A DNA stretch of 64,000 bases from Microbotryum violaceum (GCA_001244265.2 LN717261.1:620001-684000), one strand, 5' to 3'. Positions 10,501 through 22,692 are shown, counted from the first letter of the stretch. Numbers and translations are program-made. The notes: generated by a model not told the origin, from the letters alone.

Positions 10501-13370
10501 GAAAATGGCGCTTGCACCTCGGATTACCGTACTTGTCCTTCTCCATGCAGGGCTGAGTCGAGTTTCCGCCACACTTGCCATGCAGCATGTGTTTTGTGAC
10601 GGTCTCGTGGAGATCAGGATAGCGCGAAGGATCGGGTATCTCGGCCAAGATCATCTTGTCGATCGCTTCCATCGACAAAGGATGATCGTCCGGCGCAAGG
10701 GTGATGAGGATATGGGCATGTGGCAGGCCCCGCTTCTGATACTCAATCACATGTGTATGCGTCAGAACCACGCCAAAACAGCCTGCACGTTGCTTGTTGC
10801 CAAAAACGTCGTCGCAGAGTCGGTACAGCTTGGCTTCAAACACTCGTGCAATGAGATCCGGACGGTTGCATGCTTTGTCGTTCGGCCCCAGTGCAGCCTT
10901 GATTTCCGGCCATTCGGGGTTGCACGTCACCGTGATGAACAGCGAAGGCTTTCCATATTTGACGACGCAAGCCATCGCATCTTGGTAGCGCTGCGTGATC
11001 TCGCGCGGGCTATTCTTGAACGTCGAGCCCAAAATCACCGAACGTCCAATTTGATCCGGGGTCAGGCCGTTGGCAACAGCGTCGGTGATGCCTTGGGCCG
11101 TGGTGAGGCGCAGACTTTCTTGATGCAACCGGATGTAGTTGAGTCGATCGGTCTCGACTTGGGAGTATCCGTCAATCACGAACTCGAGGAAGAGACGCCG
11201 GGTGGCATGCGGAATGGAGAAGTAGTCGTCGCGTTCGTGCAAGTGATATGCAAAGTATTGGGAACGCGAAACTCGGGTTGATCCACCTCGACCCCTCTTG
11301 TTTGATCTTCGTCCTAGATTTTCGAACAGTTTATGTCAGTCTGAGGGTGCGTCTCAACAGAGAGGTATATGAGAATGAGCCGAAGACGCTTAGCTTACGT
11401 TCACCATCACCATTCTCTTCGTCCTCCTCGTCGCCTTCATCCTCATCGTCCTCCTCTTCGTCTTCTTCATCTGGACCAAGGCCGTCAAGTACCTCGCGCA
11501 ATTGGACACCGTTGTCGATCTGCTCTCAGTTTCTGGCGATTGGCGGCCTGGCTTGGTGGAACCCGCAAAGAGGAATGTTGGGGTGGAAGCCATCTTCCCC
11601 TGCAGGAAAAAGTAGTGGGTAACGGAGAGGCATCGCGGACGGATGGAGCGAGCTAACGATTTGGTACTTGGGCCGACCATCGGGACATCGATCACCGTGC
11701 ACCTGGAGAATAAGGTCTTGCGGTCCACGATCTCCCGTGTTGGTGTCGGAATCGCAGATAATCATCGCCATTTCGGTGCTCGACGTAGGAAGGTTGTGGG
11801 TGCGTCGGTCCCGGCCTGGCGGGAGGCAGAGGCGCAGGATCCACTCTTTGGCCGTATCCCAACCTGCGCGAGGTTTGGCCGATGCGAACTCCCTCACAAA
11901 GTGATTCTTGGTACGCAACGTGGACTCGAGCTTGGTCAGCGTTGATCTTTGAATGCGAGTCTCTGCGCTGTCGGGTCCTTGAAGTCGTGTGTCGGTGGCC
12001 TCGGCCGGGTCGATCAGCTATGTCTGGGCAAAGGCTGGGCGTTGATTCACGGCAGGGATCAGGGCACCGAGTCGATGATAGAGGCGGCCGAACACACGAA
12101 ACACGGGAGGTCCTAGAGTGCCCACTTGGGTTTGGTCCCAGTGGGCAGCGAACGAAGTCAACGACAACGCGTTATTGTAAGACCGGGCATTCTCGCGGAA
12201 TGCTTTAGCGTCTGTGTAGGTGCATCGCACAATTCAGCATGTTGGTCTACTGCTGACGAACGTTGTTGGACGGAGCAACTGACCGCTATCCGAGCCTTGA
12301 AGAAGCTGCCGATACTCGAGATTGGGCTGGGGAGGGGGAGGTAGCCGCACCTTGCCCTGCGAGCAGCACGCGCCGAAGTGTCTGGTCGACTTGGACCTTT
12401 CGCACTCCCAGTGCCGAACCTTGCAGTGGGTGCACACGGCCGTCTGCGGGCCGAGGTCGTCGCGGATCGAAACGTGGGCTTGAAGGGTTTGAGCGCGATT
12501 CGAGCCCGGCGCACTCGCCTTTGCGGAGGTGGTGGTGGTGGGGCGAGCCCAGCGTCGAGTTGGCCATCGCGCTGACCACGCTGTCCGTTCTGCACAGCTG
12601 CACGGCGGGCTCGTATACGTGTCGCAATGCCAAGATCGGTTGAATTGTTGTCATGACGCGCGGGGGCTGATTCTGTTGATCGGCGCGGGACGAAGAGGAG
12701 GGTCGAGCCGCGGGGCGCCCAGCAGCGGGCGCTCGAGCTGGCCCATGGTACGGCGCTATCCTCGCGCCCAAGGCTTGGCGAGGTTGCGATGGCCCTCCCT
12801 GGCGACCTTGGGACCGGGGCATTACACAGTAGCGAAGGTTTGTTCTTGAACGAGTGTCACTAAAATTGGATGAGAGTGGGAGGGAGAAAGGAAAGGTTCG
12901 AGGGAGTGGCGCAGGATTATTTACGTGGTTTGATTTGTTGTTCATCCCCTAATGCCGCTGGTCGACTGCCGGAATGACACTCCACCGCCGGCGCACCGCA
13001 TCACGTGACAAACGCCAGCCCTCGCCTCGCACGTCAGGCAGAGCTCTGCTGTAGAAGCAATATCATGCAAAGCCACGCGCTTGCGGTTCATTAAATGCAA
13101 TATGAGTGGAAGCACTGTTTTATGTGGGCGAAGAAAAGAAGGAAAATACTAGGAGCGCTGTAGCTTCGTTGGAACGGCGCGGAAAATACAAAAGTCACCA
13201 TAGGGCTTGTACATGACTTCTGATCGGCCCAACACCACAGGCAGGTGCGGCAGACACAACAGTATGCTGGTACATCCACCACAGGCGGCCCGGAGGGCCG
13301 CAACCTAGTTAAAAACAGTGATTTTAGGTATATTCCTCAACTCACACTTTTTTTAACTAGTTAGGGTAAC
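7554..13370 (-). mobile_element. Autonomous-type Helitron (degenerate); 5' boundary uncertain
   Basis: Contains a RepHel gene. Canonical 3' terminus: perfect hairpin CCCGTTA-ATT-TAACGGG (7564-7580), then CTGG (CTRR) at 7557-7554 followed by T. Confidence 0.9.
7655..12822 (-). pseudogene. Helitron Rep/PIF1-helicase (RepHel) gene with introns, disrupted by stops and frameshifts
   Basis: N-terminal CxxC..CC-GKV zinc motif; Rep motifs FITVTCNPEWPEI, HUH EYQKRGLPHAH, Y2 KYLFKYVYKG; helicase motifs APGGTGKT, IIWDEAPM, FAG|DFRQ, GLCNGTRL, FTHGQLYVALSR. Introns at ~12283-12213, ~11398-11315 and ~8869-8807. In-frame stops at ~12018 and ~11526, frameshift at ~8545. Confidence 0.93.
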
Positions 13371-13469
13371 TAGTTAGGGTAACTAGTTAGGGTAACTAGT
13401 TAGGGTAACTAGTTAGGGTAACTAGTTAGGGTAACTAGTTAGGGTAACTAGTTAGGGTAACTAGTTAGG
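13357..13469. repeat. 13-bp tandem repeat (CTAGTTAGGGTAA) x8.7
   Basis: Perfect units start at 13357, 13370, ... 13448, with a partial unit at 13461. Confidence 0.97.
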
Positions 13470-15465
13470 TTCGGCGGCGCGCTCCGCGCGCCACCTCACA
13501 TTGAGAAGCAGCAGTTGCAGATGGCTACGGTTCTACGCTGCTTTCATCTATCTTCTGATCTCCTGGAGGTGGACTGATTCGTCGTGATTTGGCAAAGGGA
13601 AGGGTCGGGCAGAGAACTGTGCGGGACCGGAACGGAACGCTCTCACTCAAGACTTTCCTGTTGACGACGTCTTTGCTGATCTTGAGACCTTCGAGAGATC
13701 GCAACGTTCACAGGTGGTGGATCCATTGGATGAAGTTGATTTTCCGGCAGTGGAAGCAGTGCAATTGGTGACTGTGCGGCGACATCCACCGGGACAGAGT
13801 GGACGTTGGGCGTTGGCTGAGGTGGAGGCGATTGATTGATAGAATCAAATTTGCTGCCTTTCCCGCAGTCTTCGCAATTGTTGTGTCCTGAATCTTCTGG
13901 AAATAAAATGATCCGTCGATGTTGATGCGGTAGAGGCAGGGTTCAGCGAAAAACTGTGTGGGACCGGACCGGACCGGAACGCTCTCGCTCGAGCCTTCGT
14001 CGTTGCTGGCCTTCAGACCTCCGAGACGTCGTGCAACTATCAGTATTCTTGCTGTTGTCCATCTGTAGCAATGTCAGTAAAGACTCACATTTAGTGTCCC
14101 AATGACCCGGATTCTCAACCGTACAAAGTCAAGCAGCACCTCAACTTCCCCCCAGAAGTCAGCATTCCATGAAGCAAGCGTCGACCATTTGTGCAGGCGA
14201 TGAGTTGGGAATAACGGGAAGGCATTGCTTCGGATCCCCTATGATGTTACAGTCCAACCGGTCAGTTAGTCATGCTGCCCTGCGTTTTGCCTTTGAAAGA
14301 TTGGCACACACCTGCCATTGCGACGGTCACTCCACCGAACCGAGCTGTTGAGGGTTACGGGAAGGCATTGCTTCGGATCCCCTGTGATGTTACAGTCCAA
14401 CCGGTCAGTTAGTCATGCTGCCCTGCGTTTTGCCTTTGAAAGATTGGCTCACACCTGCCAACACGACGGTCACCCCACCGAACCGAGACATTGAGGACCT
14501 GCCACGGGATGGTGAGCTGCAAGTCACGCGACCAGAGCCTGTGTTCTTGCGTGATTCGTTGCAACTATCAGTATTCTTGCTGTTGTCCATCTGTAGCAAT
14601 AGCAGTGAAGACTCACATTTGGTGTGCCGATGACCCGGATTCTCAACCGTACGAAGTCAATCCTTCCGCTGTCTCACTGACGTTCAATGTCTGTTTTTGG
14701 TGTCAGTTTTTCCGTCATATCTAAGACTGCACAGCCATGTCAAGGGATGACTCATGTACGCGTGTCACCAGCTGGCGGTGAAGAAACAACTCGAGCGTTG
14801 ACATTCGAAGAGGATGTGTTAAAGGGAATTCCTGCTTGGTAGTTTTCCATTAGCTTCTAAACAACACAGCAAGAGCACAATCCATGAAGTTACTTACTCG
14901 AATTCGTAGCTATGTTGCTTGCAGCCATTTCTTGATTCCGTATTCGTTGCAGAGCTTCCACGGCAACCGCTTCGGATGTCGGAAGCTTGAGGTGGCGACG
15001 GGATGAGGTGCGATGGGTAAGGTGTGAAGAGCAGGAGGGAGAAAGATGGAGAAGCCTGCGCCTCAGTTTAAACCGGACTCATAGAATGTCGCGGAAGGCT
15101 GCGGAACATTGTGAAGTGAAGCCCGAAGCAGAGGGTCACGTGCCCAGCTGCTTTGATGGGAAATGGAACCTCGACGAACGTTGGAACCTCGGCGAACGTG
15201 GACGGAACGGTCTGTCGCCACCTGGTTTGTCTCCCGTTCTCTGACGTTCTTTGATGTTGACGTGGTAGACACGCAAAACAGTCTGCTTCGAGACACAGAG
15301 GGTCACGTGCTATTCAATGGAAGCTCGACGAACGTAGGCGAACGTAGGCGAAACGGTCTGAAACAGCCCTAGCTAGCTGGGACGCTGGACCGAGAGCTCT
15401 ATGACGTCATGCAACGTGGTTTGTGCCACGTGGTTTGTCTAGGTCTCAGGACGTTTTTTATTTTA
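13461..15465 (-). mobile_element. Non-autonomous Helitron copy B
   Basis: Same 3' region as copy A (CAATGTGAGGTGGCGCGCGGAGCGCGCCGCCGAACC-), here fused to the 13-bp array. Shares internal blocks with A, C and E and has internal duplications at ~14210-14490. Confidence 0.8.
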
Positions 15466-15601
15466 CTAGTGCGGTGGCGCGCTTCGCGCGCCATGACGTC
15501 ACGCCACGTGGTTCGTCTCGTTCTAGAACGTTCTTTGTCTCGACGTATCCATTTAGTAGTAATATATATATATATAGAAGATAGAAGATAAGTTTTAAGG
15601 A
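15466..15601 (-). mobile_element. Mini-Helitron (136 bp) with canonical termini
   Basis: A|TCCTTAAAACT at 15601, perfect hairpin GGCGCGC-GAA-GCGCGCC (15476-15492), CTAG|T at 15466. Confidence 0.85.
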
Positions 15602-16896
15602 TTGCCTACACAGATCGTCGATTTCGTTGATGCTCCGGGAGGGACAGGCGAACCGTTTTTGGAAGAAACGGTCCTTGCTCGGATTCGGTCAGAGGGAACA
15701 TACGCTCTTGCCGTTGCATCATCGGATATTGCTGCACTGCTACTGCCAAAAGGCAGCACGGCACATTCACGGTTCAAGATCCCAATCGGCATCTTCGACG
15801 TCTCTACGTGCAAGAAACAAGAACAGCTCGCCGAGCTTTGGGACGAGGCACCGATGCAGCACCGTCTATGTTTCCAGCTGGTGGACAGGATGTTGCAAGA
15901 TGTGCGATCGTGAACGGCTCGGTTTTTGTGGACTGACCGTCGTGTTGGCAGGTGTGTACCAATCTTTCAAAAGCAAAACGCAGGGCAGCATGACTAACTA
16001 ACCGGTTCGACTGTAACATCACAGGGGATCCGAAGCAATGCCGTCCCGTTATTCCACGGCTCGGTTCGGCGGAGTGACCGTCGTGTTACATAAGGTGCGT
16101 GCCGATCTTTCAAAAGCAAAGCGCAGGGCAGCGTGACTAACTGACCGCTTGGACTGTAACATCACAGGGGATCCAAAGCAATGCCTTCCCGTTATTCCCA
16201 ACTCATCGCCTGCACAAATGGTCGACGCTTGCTTCATGGAATGCTGACTTCTGGGGGGAAGTTGAGGTGCTGCTTGACTTTGTACGGTTGAGAATCCGGG
16301 TCATTGGGACACTAAATGTGAGTCTTTACTGACATTGCTACAGATGGACAACAGCAAGAATACTGATAGTTGCACGACGTCTCGGAGGTCTGAAGGCCAG
16401 CAACGACGAAGGGCTCGAGCGAGTGCGCTCCGGTCCGGTCCCACACAGTTCTTCGCCGAACCCTGCCTCTACCGCATCAACATCGACGAATTATTCTACT
16501 TCCAGAAGATCTAGGGCGCAACAATTGCGGAGACTCCGGGAAAGGCAGCAAATTTGATTCTATCAATCAATCACCTCTACCCCAGCCAACACCCAGTGCC
16601 AACGCTATCCCGCAGCGACAACCTACAGTCCGGAACCTCCGGGGCCCGGAGCGCGTTCAGTTCGCGCACGGCGACATCCACCCGCCGCACAGTCACCGAT
16701 TGCACTGTGTCCACTGCCGGGAGCCTACCCTCGACATGCCTCAGGTGCAATGGATCTTCTGTGTCGGAAGCTCGGAACTTCTGTCCAGTCCTGCAAGAAA
16801 TTCCCGAAAACATAGATGAAGCAGTGTAGAACCGTAGCCATCTGCAATAATGTAACAGAAGTGCTGATTCTCAATGTGAGGTGGCGGCAAACCTAG
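15602..16896 (+). mobile_element. Non-autonomous Helitron copy C (5'-truncated) with PIF1 helicase fragment
   Basis: ORF 15602-15913 FVDAPGGTG..LAVASSDIAALLLPKGSTAHSRFKIP..WDEAPMQHR. The 3' end is GGTGGCGGCAAACCTAG|T with the hairpin partly deleted. Inverted relative to A and B. Confidence 0.85.
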
Positions 16897-16924
16897 TAAA
16901 AAGATCACAAAAAATGAGTAGAAG

Positions 16925-17143
16925 GTGGACGTACTTGGTGATCACGTAGGAGGGTTCGTCAAGTTTCAGGGTGGTACATGGCATACTACACGAGATACAG
17001 CGGATTGCCCCGCTGCGTGGTAGATGCACCATCCTTAATTGGTAAACGCACCAACTTCCGCGAAGAATGCACCATTTGTAAGTGATCTTTGCACCTTACT
17101 ACCGGGGTAGATGGGTCAAGCTTCGGGGGTAAACGCGCGCGCG
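16925..17143 (+). repeat. Dispersed repeat, second copy of ~54827-55070 (putative DNA-transposon terminal region)
   Basis: Near-identical blocks, e.g. TCGTCAAGTTTCAGGGTG..CATGGCATACTACACGAGATACAGCGGATTGCCCCGC..ATCCTTAATTGGTAAACGCACC, at both sites. Confidence 0.85.
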
Positions 17144-18022
17144 TATGGTCTTTTCGGCTTTTGCTGCAGGGATTTGGCGCGCCGATTCAGGCTCGCGCGC
17201 ACGGACCCTCTCTCCCCCGTGGATGCTATAGCTGTGCTTCCCACACACGCGGGCTCACCGGCGGTACTCGCAACGCACGTTCGCTTTTGGGCCTTCACTG
17301 CGTTGTCGACGTTTCCTTACCAGCTTCTATGGCTGCGTTCACCACCTGTAGGGACAGGTGCGTTCCTCACTCCCAAGACTACCTCCCAGCTGACGAGGTC
17401 GCTGATCGAGAGTTCCATCTTGCCGGACGTTCACAGCTGCTAGCAGCTCGGTATGAAACCTTCGACGTGGCTTGCTTAGAGTAGCTCGGGGTAAGTGCTT
17501 CGATACACCCAAGCTTGTTGCGCGGTGTACTTTGCACTTGGATCCCTGCAAATTCTTTGTGGGGGCATTTTGCTCCGAGTCCTTGTTGGGCAACGAGCTA
17601 AATCGCATATCTCTCAGCAGACCCTTTGCCGTCCTTTGCACCAACTGCGCCACAACTGTCTTTATACAGTGTCTTGCCTTTGTCGCAAAGGTATGCTGAG
17701 ACGATCAGTGGACTTGCTCCATCATCAGTTGCAGCCGACTGACATCCCGAAGCTTAAGTCGCAGAGCTCCCAATTGTCATCCCGTGTTGTCCTTCGTCTT
17801 GCTGCAACTCGAACCACTATTCCGCTACGACTCGCGCGAGTGGTCAGGAGAGTCGAATTTGTAATTGCACCACTTGCTCGCAGCATTATCCCATTTTCCT
17901 TAGCGGAGATACTCGCGCCCTCTCGCCGCCAGTCTCCGTCTGCCTCCGACCGCATTGGCTCTTGGCTTCATCCCTGCCTCCGCCTGGCTCCTGGAGTCTC
18001 CTATAGCAAGCCATTCGCTCAC

Positions 18023-18991
18023 ATGCCGGCTCAACCGCAGCCCCAACTGCAACCGCAGGCGATGAACGCAAGAGGATTTCCCAAAGCCGATTTCATTGTA
18101 GGTGCCCGTCTGGGCGCGGAAGGGGGCTGCGCCCCGCCAGGCTGCGCCTTCCCCACCACCACCCTCCTCGACCGTCGTCGCCCCAAGATCCTTGTCGAGC
18201 GTTCCGAAGCTCATCGCGCGCTCGCCTCGCTTGCAGGAAGACGTCGACGCCTTTATCGTCGGAACAGATCCTGATCAGTCTTTGCAACAACTTCAAGAAA
18301 CACTTGCGTGAGTCTCGAGTCCTTCCAAAACAATTTGAATCCTCGCGACCGCATCCCTCCCGTCCCAGGTTGCTGACACAAGGCGGTCGAGGCGACGAGG
18401 ACGATCGCGTGCAGTAAATATCGATTCATGGAGAACAACAAGCGGCAAACGAGACAAGGCTTGGAGGAGAAGGTCCCCGAGCTGCAACGCACACTCGCCA
18501 TGATCGAGACCTTGCAGCGCAAGAAAGTGAGACGGCGCACACCCGCGCTGCGAGTGGCAGAGCGACGCGGTCAGCTGATCTTGTGCATTCCCGCTTGGTC
18601 CGTGGGCCGGCATAGGACGCGGAGCAATCATTCGACACAACGTTCGAACTCAGCGACACGCTGTACGCCACCGGCTGCGTTCAGCATGTGGATGAGGTGT
18701 ACGTCTGGCTTGGAGTGAGTCAAGCATAGTCTGTTCGGGCTAGAGGTGTTTGTGCCCACGGCAAGAGGAACTGACGTCGGTATCGACACTGCTACTTAGG
18801 CCAACACGATGCTGTCTTATCCACTCTCGGCGGCGCTGTCTCTCTTGTCGGAAAAGCTCATTACCGCGCAAGCATCGCTGCAAAACGTTAGGGAGGATCT
18901 GGATTGGTTGCGCGAACAAATCACGATCACAGAAGTCAATGTGGCACGTGTTTACAATTGGGACGTCAAACGGAGGAGGGAAATTCGGTGA
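18023..18991 (+). CDS. PAC10: Prefoldin subunit 3 (Pac10/Gim2/VBP1); exons 18023-18097, 18237-18307, 18415-18526, 18616-18714, 18800-18991
   Basis: Spliced product NARGFPKADFI-EDVDAF..KYRFMENNK..LEEKVPELQRTL..FELSDTLYA..VYVWLG-ANTMLSYP..EDLDWLREQITITEVNVARVYNWDVKRRR matches hallmark PFD3 motifs; four GT-AG introns in frame. Confidence 0.95.
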
Positions 18992-19080
18992 AACATCATG
19001 AAAAGTCATGGTACCTATCTGCGATAAGCCCAATTTTCGATTCAAACTATATAGTTCGCTCAGCAGTAAAGGTGCATCGT

Positions 19081-20567
19081 TTATGTACAAAACAGCGAAA
19101 TGATAGAACAAAAAACCGCATAGATACCGAGCACAATGGGGACCGTCGCAGATAAGGAAGAACATGAGCTGCTCTGAACAGCGGAAGTTGGGGTCGAGCT
19201 TGAGGGCTGCGTCACCCAGGTTGCTCTGGGCGAGCTTGCCGGTAGAGAAGCGAGAGATGGGTGGCTCGGCGCGACTGATACGGTGGAGGCTCTAGATAAA
19301 GAGATTGCTTTGGTCGACGACGTTGTCGTGAAACTGGATGCGACGATTGTCGTAACACTGAAGGTGACGATCGCCGTTGGGCTTGGGATTTTGCCGTCGA
19401 AGACTGTAGCGCCCGCGAGGTTCGTGGACGTTGGGCTCGGAATGTTGAGCAACGAGACGGATGTCTCATCCGGAGCGTCATCGGCCGTGCTCGAATTGGC
19501 CGGCGCGATCCTGATCAGATCGGTGTAACCAACAAGGGAGTCATCCCGGAGCGAAGTCACCGCGATCGAATCTGGGAGCGATTCAGTTACAGGTCAGAAA
19601 GAAACCACAGCGCGCGGAGGGCCCGGGTTATCACGGACAATTTCCTACTTCGGACCATCCGCTCGGCACTTTGAACTCGACCCTTCCACATTCGACCCCA
19701 TGCGTGACGACTCCCAGACCATAGCCTCCGTCACAATAACCCTCTTGAGATATCGAAGGGTAGCTCGCTACGATCGTGTATCTGCAACACGCCGAGAGCG
19801 CGGGAAAGAGGATACAGGCGTACGAGCATGAGCGATCGCAAGTCGCCAAACGCGACGGTCGAGCCGAAGGTGTACGTACGTCGTGCCACCCTTGACCGGA
19901 ACCAATTCAATCGAAACGTTGCCCGGCGGAGGCCCTAGCCAGTTGACGGCGACCGTGGCACCTTTCCTCCATGTTACCAAGCACTGCGAAACACCGAACA
20001 AGGGCGCATGACATGAAGATCCGGGGTTGAATGCCACTTCAGTCGACTTACCTTGTAAAACGAGCACGCGGGTTCGGTGATGCTGTATCATGTGTCAGGA
20101 GGTGCGATGAGCCACACATGGGCAGTCAGCATAATTCTCTGCCACTGCATCATGATCCATGTGCCTCAACGTCCAACCGGCTCCGGAACAAAGACACGTC
20201 GTCTCTACGCCACGCTGACGTCGCGCATTGCGGCTTGCCGATCGGACCCCGCATCAGTATGGGCGCATCAACGCGGTGCGTCCGGAAGATTTGAACGCGT
20301 CGAAGCGATGCACGTTCTGAAGGGTCCGGACATACTTACTAGAGTATTGTTCCTGTTTCCAACGAGGTTCAAAGGTGGGTCAAGGCGACAATGGATCAGC
20401 TGGGATTGCCTGCGCGGTCGCGTCGCACCACCCGACGAAGTGCTCGCTCACGAACCCGTAGGATCGTCGGCATCGGAGTCGGACGCCCAAACGGTGCCGA
20501 CGAGCGCGAGCAACGCCAGGGCAGCCCACCACAATGCAGTGACAATGGCCTTTCCAGAGCGCAGCAT
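19081..20567 (-). CDS. Secreted Ser/Thr-rich, probably GPI-anchored cell-surface protein (multi-exon; small 5' exons uncertain)
   Basis: Signal-peptide-like MLRSGKAIVTALWWAALALLALVGTVWA; Cys-containing beta-rich exons (ITEPACSFYK-CLVTWRKGATVAVNW..; YCDGGYGLG..ECGRVEFKVPSGW); long S/T tract; hydrophobic C-terminus VPIVLGIYAVFCSIISLFCT; GT-AG introns. Confidence 0.7.
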
Positions 20568-20979
20568 CGTCCTACGGCAGGTTTTTCGAGTGTAATCCGA
20601 CACGGAAGAGGTGGAGATACGCGAATCGGAAGCAGTCAAACGGGAAGACGATCAATCGAAGGCGACGCGGGCGGCGAGCAGTGAACAACGGAAATGAAGA
20701 CGGTGTCGAGGGCCGGCTAATGCGCTCAAGGAATATAGCCGTGTTCACTGAGTGTCAGTCCGCTCATTCGGGGTGCTAGTTAAAAGCAGGTCGATGGATA
20801 CTTTACGTGAACGAGTTCGAGAAACGGAGCAGCGCTGCACACTAGCCGACCAATGGGAGCTCGCGCCTCCGCAGGCGTTCCGCAGCGACACAGGGTTTCC
20901 GCAGACGCGCGCGGCATGGTCTTTTCGGCTTTTGCTGCAAGAGTTTGACGCGGAGGCCAAAGCGCGCGCTACCCCAAGT

Positions 20980-21070
20980 CCCTGCTGTAAGCCGTGCTCG
21001 CACGCATTCCTCCCCTGCTGTAAGCCGTGCCCGCACGCATTCCCTCTCCGCTATAAGCCGTGCCTTCACG
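20980..21070. repeat. ~33-bp tandem repeat x3
   Basis: CCTGCTGTAAGCCGTGC-like units at 20981, 21014 and ~21047. Confidence 0.85.
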
Positions 21071-22692
21071 CCTGCCCTTTGAGCCTTGGTCCATAAGCCG
21101 CCCCCCCGCGCAGGAATTTCTACCCAAGCCTGCTCCTTCAGCCTTGTCAGTTCCACACTGCTTGCTGTACCAGTTCATCGCTGTGTACCTCTGCCACCCT
21201 CCTGCCAAGGTTGGTGTCCGTCCTTGAACTCTTCCTGTCACTATGCCTCAGGCTGACAGATTCCGAGTCTCACACAGGACCTTCCCCAGCGATCACAGAC
21301 GCACCCGGCGCATCAGTCTCTGCCAGACTGCTGGGACAACTGCCCTCTGTGTACGCTGCTTATTCAAATCTCCTTGTTGGATGGTTGACTAACTGCTCAT
21401 ACCCTTGTATGCAGCCCACGCCCTACGCCTGCCAAGCGTAGCTGTACCTCTTGCCATTGAGTACCGCGTCTCGCTCCTAGAGCTAAGGTACATCGCCCTT
21501 CCTCTCCCGGGCTCTGCCCCAGGGTACTCCTACTCACAGCTGTCCTTGTTGGGCATGCTGACTTACTTGGCCACCTCGCTACGCAGACAACCCTCATCAC
21601 CCAACGTGCCAGCGTTCCGGGTCGATCATCTCTGTTCGTACGCGACGCGCTTTCCAAGCAAAGGTATGCCAAGTCTTCCCAGTCATTTGCAGTAATCCTA
21701 GATACTGATAGGTACCGCGCTTTCCAAGCAGAGCCGTTACATTTTCTGAGCTCCTCCTGCCCACCCAAAAAAAAAAAGGGGGGGGGGGACTTCCTTGTTG
21801 GTTTCCCTTTCTTTTCTTTTTTTTTTTTTTTGTTTTCTTTTATCTTCTTGGTTACATCTCTGGCTTGTCCTGGTAGCACATCACCCCATGCCGTTTGTTA
21901 CGGGAGGCCGGGTTCAGCCCAAACCTGCAACTTGACTGGCTTCACCCGCTAACTTGGCTCCGCTCGCGCGCTCTACGAAGGAGTCGACGTCTCGACGCGA
22001 TAAAACTAGCCTGATCTGGCACAAGGCTCTTACGGTCGTCGGCCTCGTCGCACCCACAACGGGATATCCATCGGAGTGTTGAGGGGATGTACACCATAAC
22101 GGGATTTTGCTGCAGTAATTTTACTTATCATCGGCGTTGGGCGCACCGTGGCAAGATCGCGAAACTCTCGCCGGGGTACTCTGATAGGTCGGAGGTAGTA
22201 CTACTACCGACCGCACGGCGCACAATTATAAACAGCCGTCCGTCGGACTTAGGGGCGCAACTAATCCCTGAAGCTCTTTAGAGCTGAAGGTTTGTTCCAG
22301 AAAAATTCGGCGGCGCGGGCTTGGGAAATTGACGACGATCTGAGCGACTTTGGGAAAATTGACGACGATCTCAGCGCGGGCGACACACGTTCGCGCAGGC
22401 GCACCTCTGGCTATACATATAAGCACGCTAAAAAGTGGCGCGCGCAGCGCGCCTCCGACCCTCGCTTCCGCGCGGCGTAGCCATACATGTTGCCCGCCTG
22501 CAACCCGGGTTGCTGGATGGCCCGAGGACTAGCGCAACACGGAGGCTGGTGTGGCCTTCAACAAGTTCATCTCATGTACGTGCGAGCGGGTAATCCAACC
22601 TTATAAATGCTGCCATCGTGTATAAAGCATATTCGGAACACTCATCGTCAATTTCTTCTTTAGATTAGTAGCGAGAAGAAGCTCGATTAGAA

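Noticed and set aside
10151-11281. 376-aa plus-strand ORF and similar long antisense ORFs across the TEs
   Set aside because: Antisense shadows of GC-rich TE coding regions with no recognisable motifs.
13357-13469. Telomere or chromosome end
   Set aside because: Internal position; TTAGGG is embedded in a 13-bp unit, and a single homologous unit occurs at 62214.
17495-18274. 259-aa ORF as a separate gene
   Set aside because: It is prefoldin exon 1 with in-frame upstream and intronic read-through.
21760-21850. A/G/T homopolymer runs as a terminator or retroposon tail
   Set aside because: Low complexity only; no TSD or associated element could be defined.
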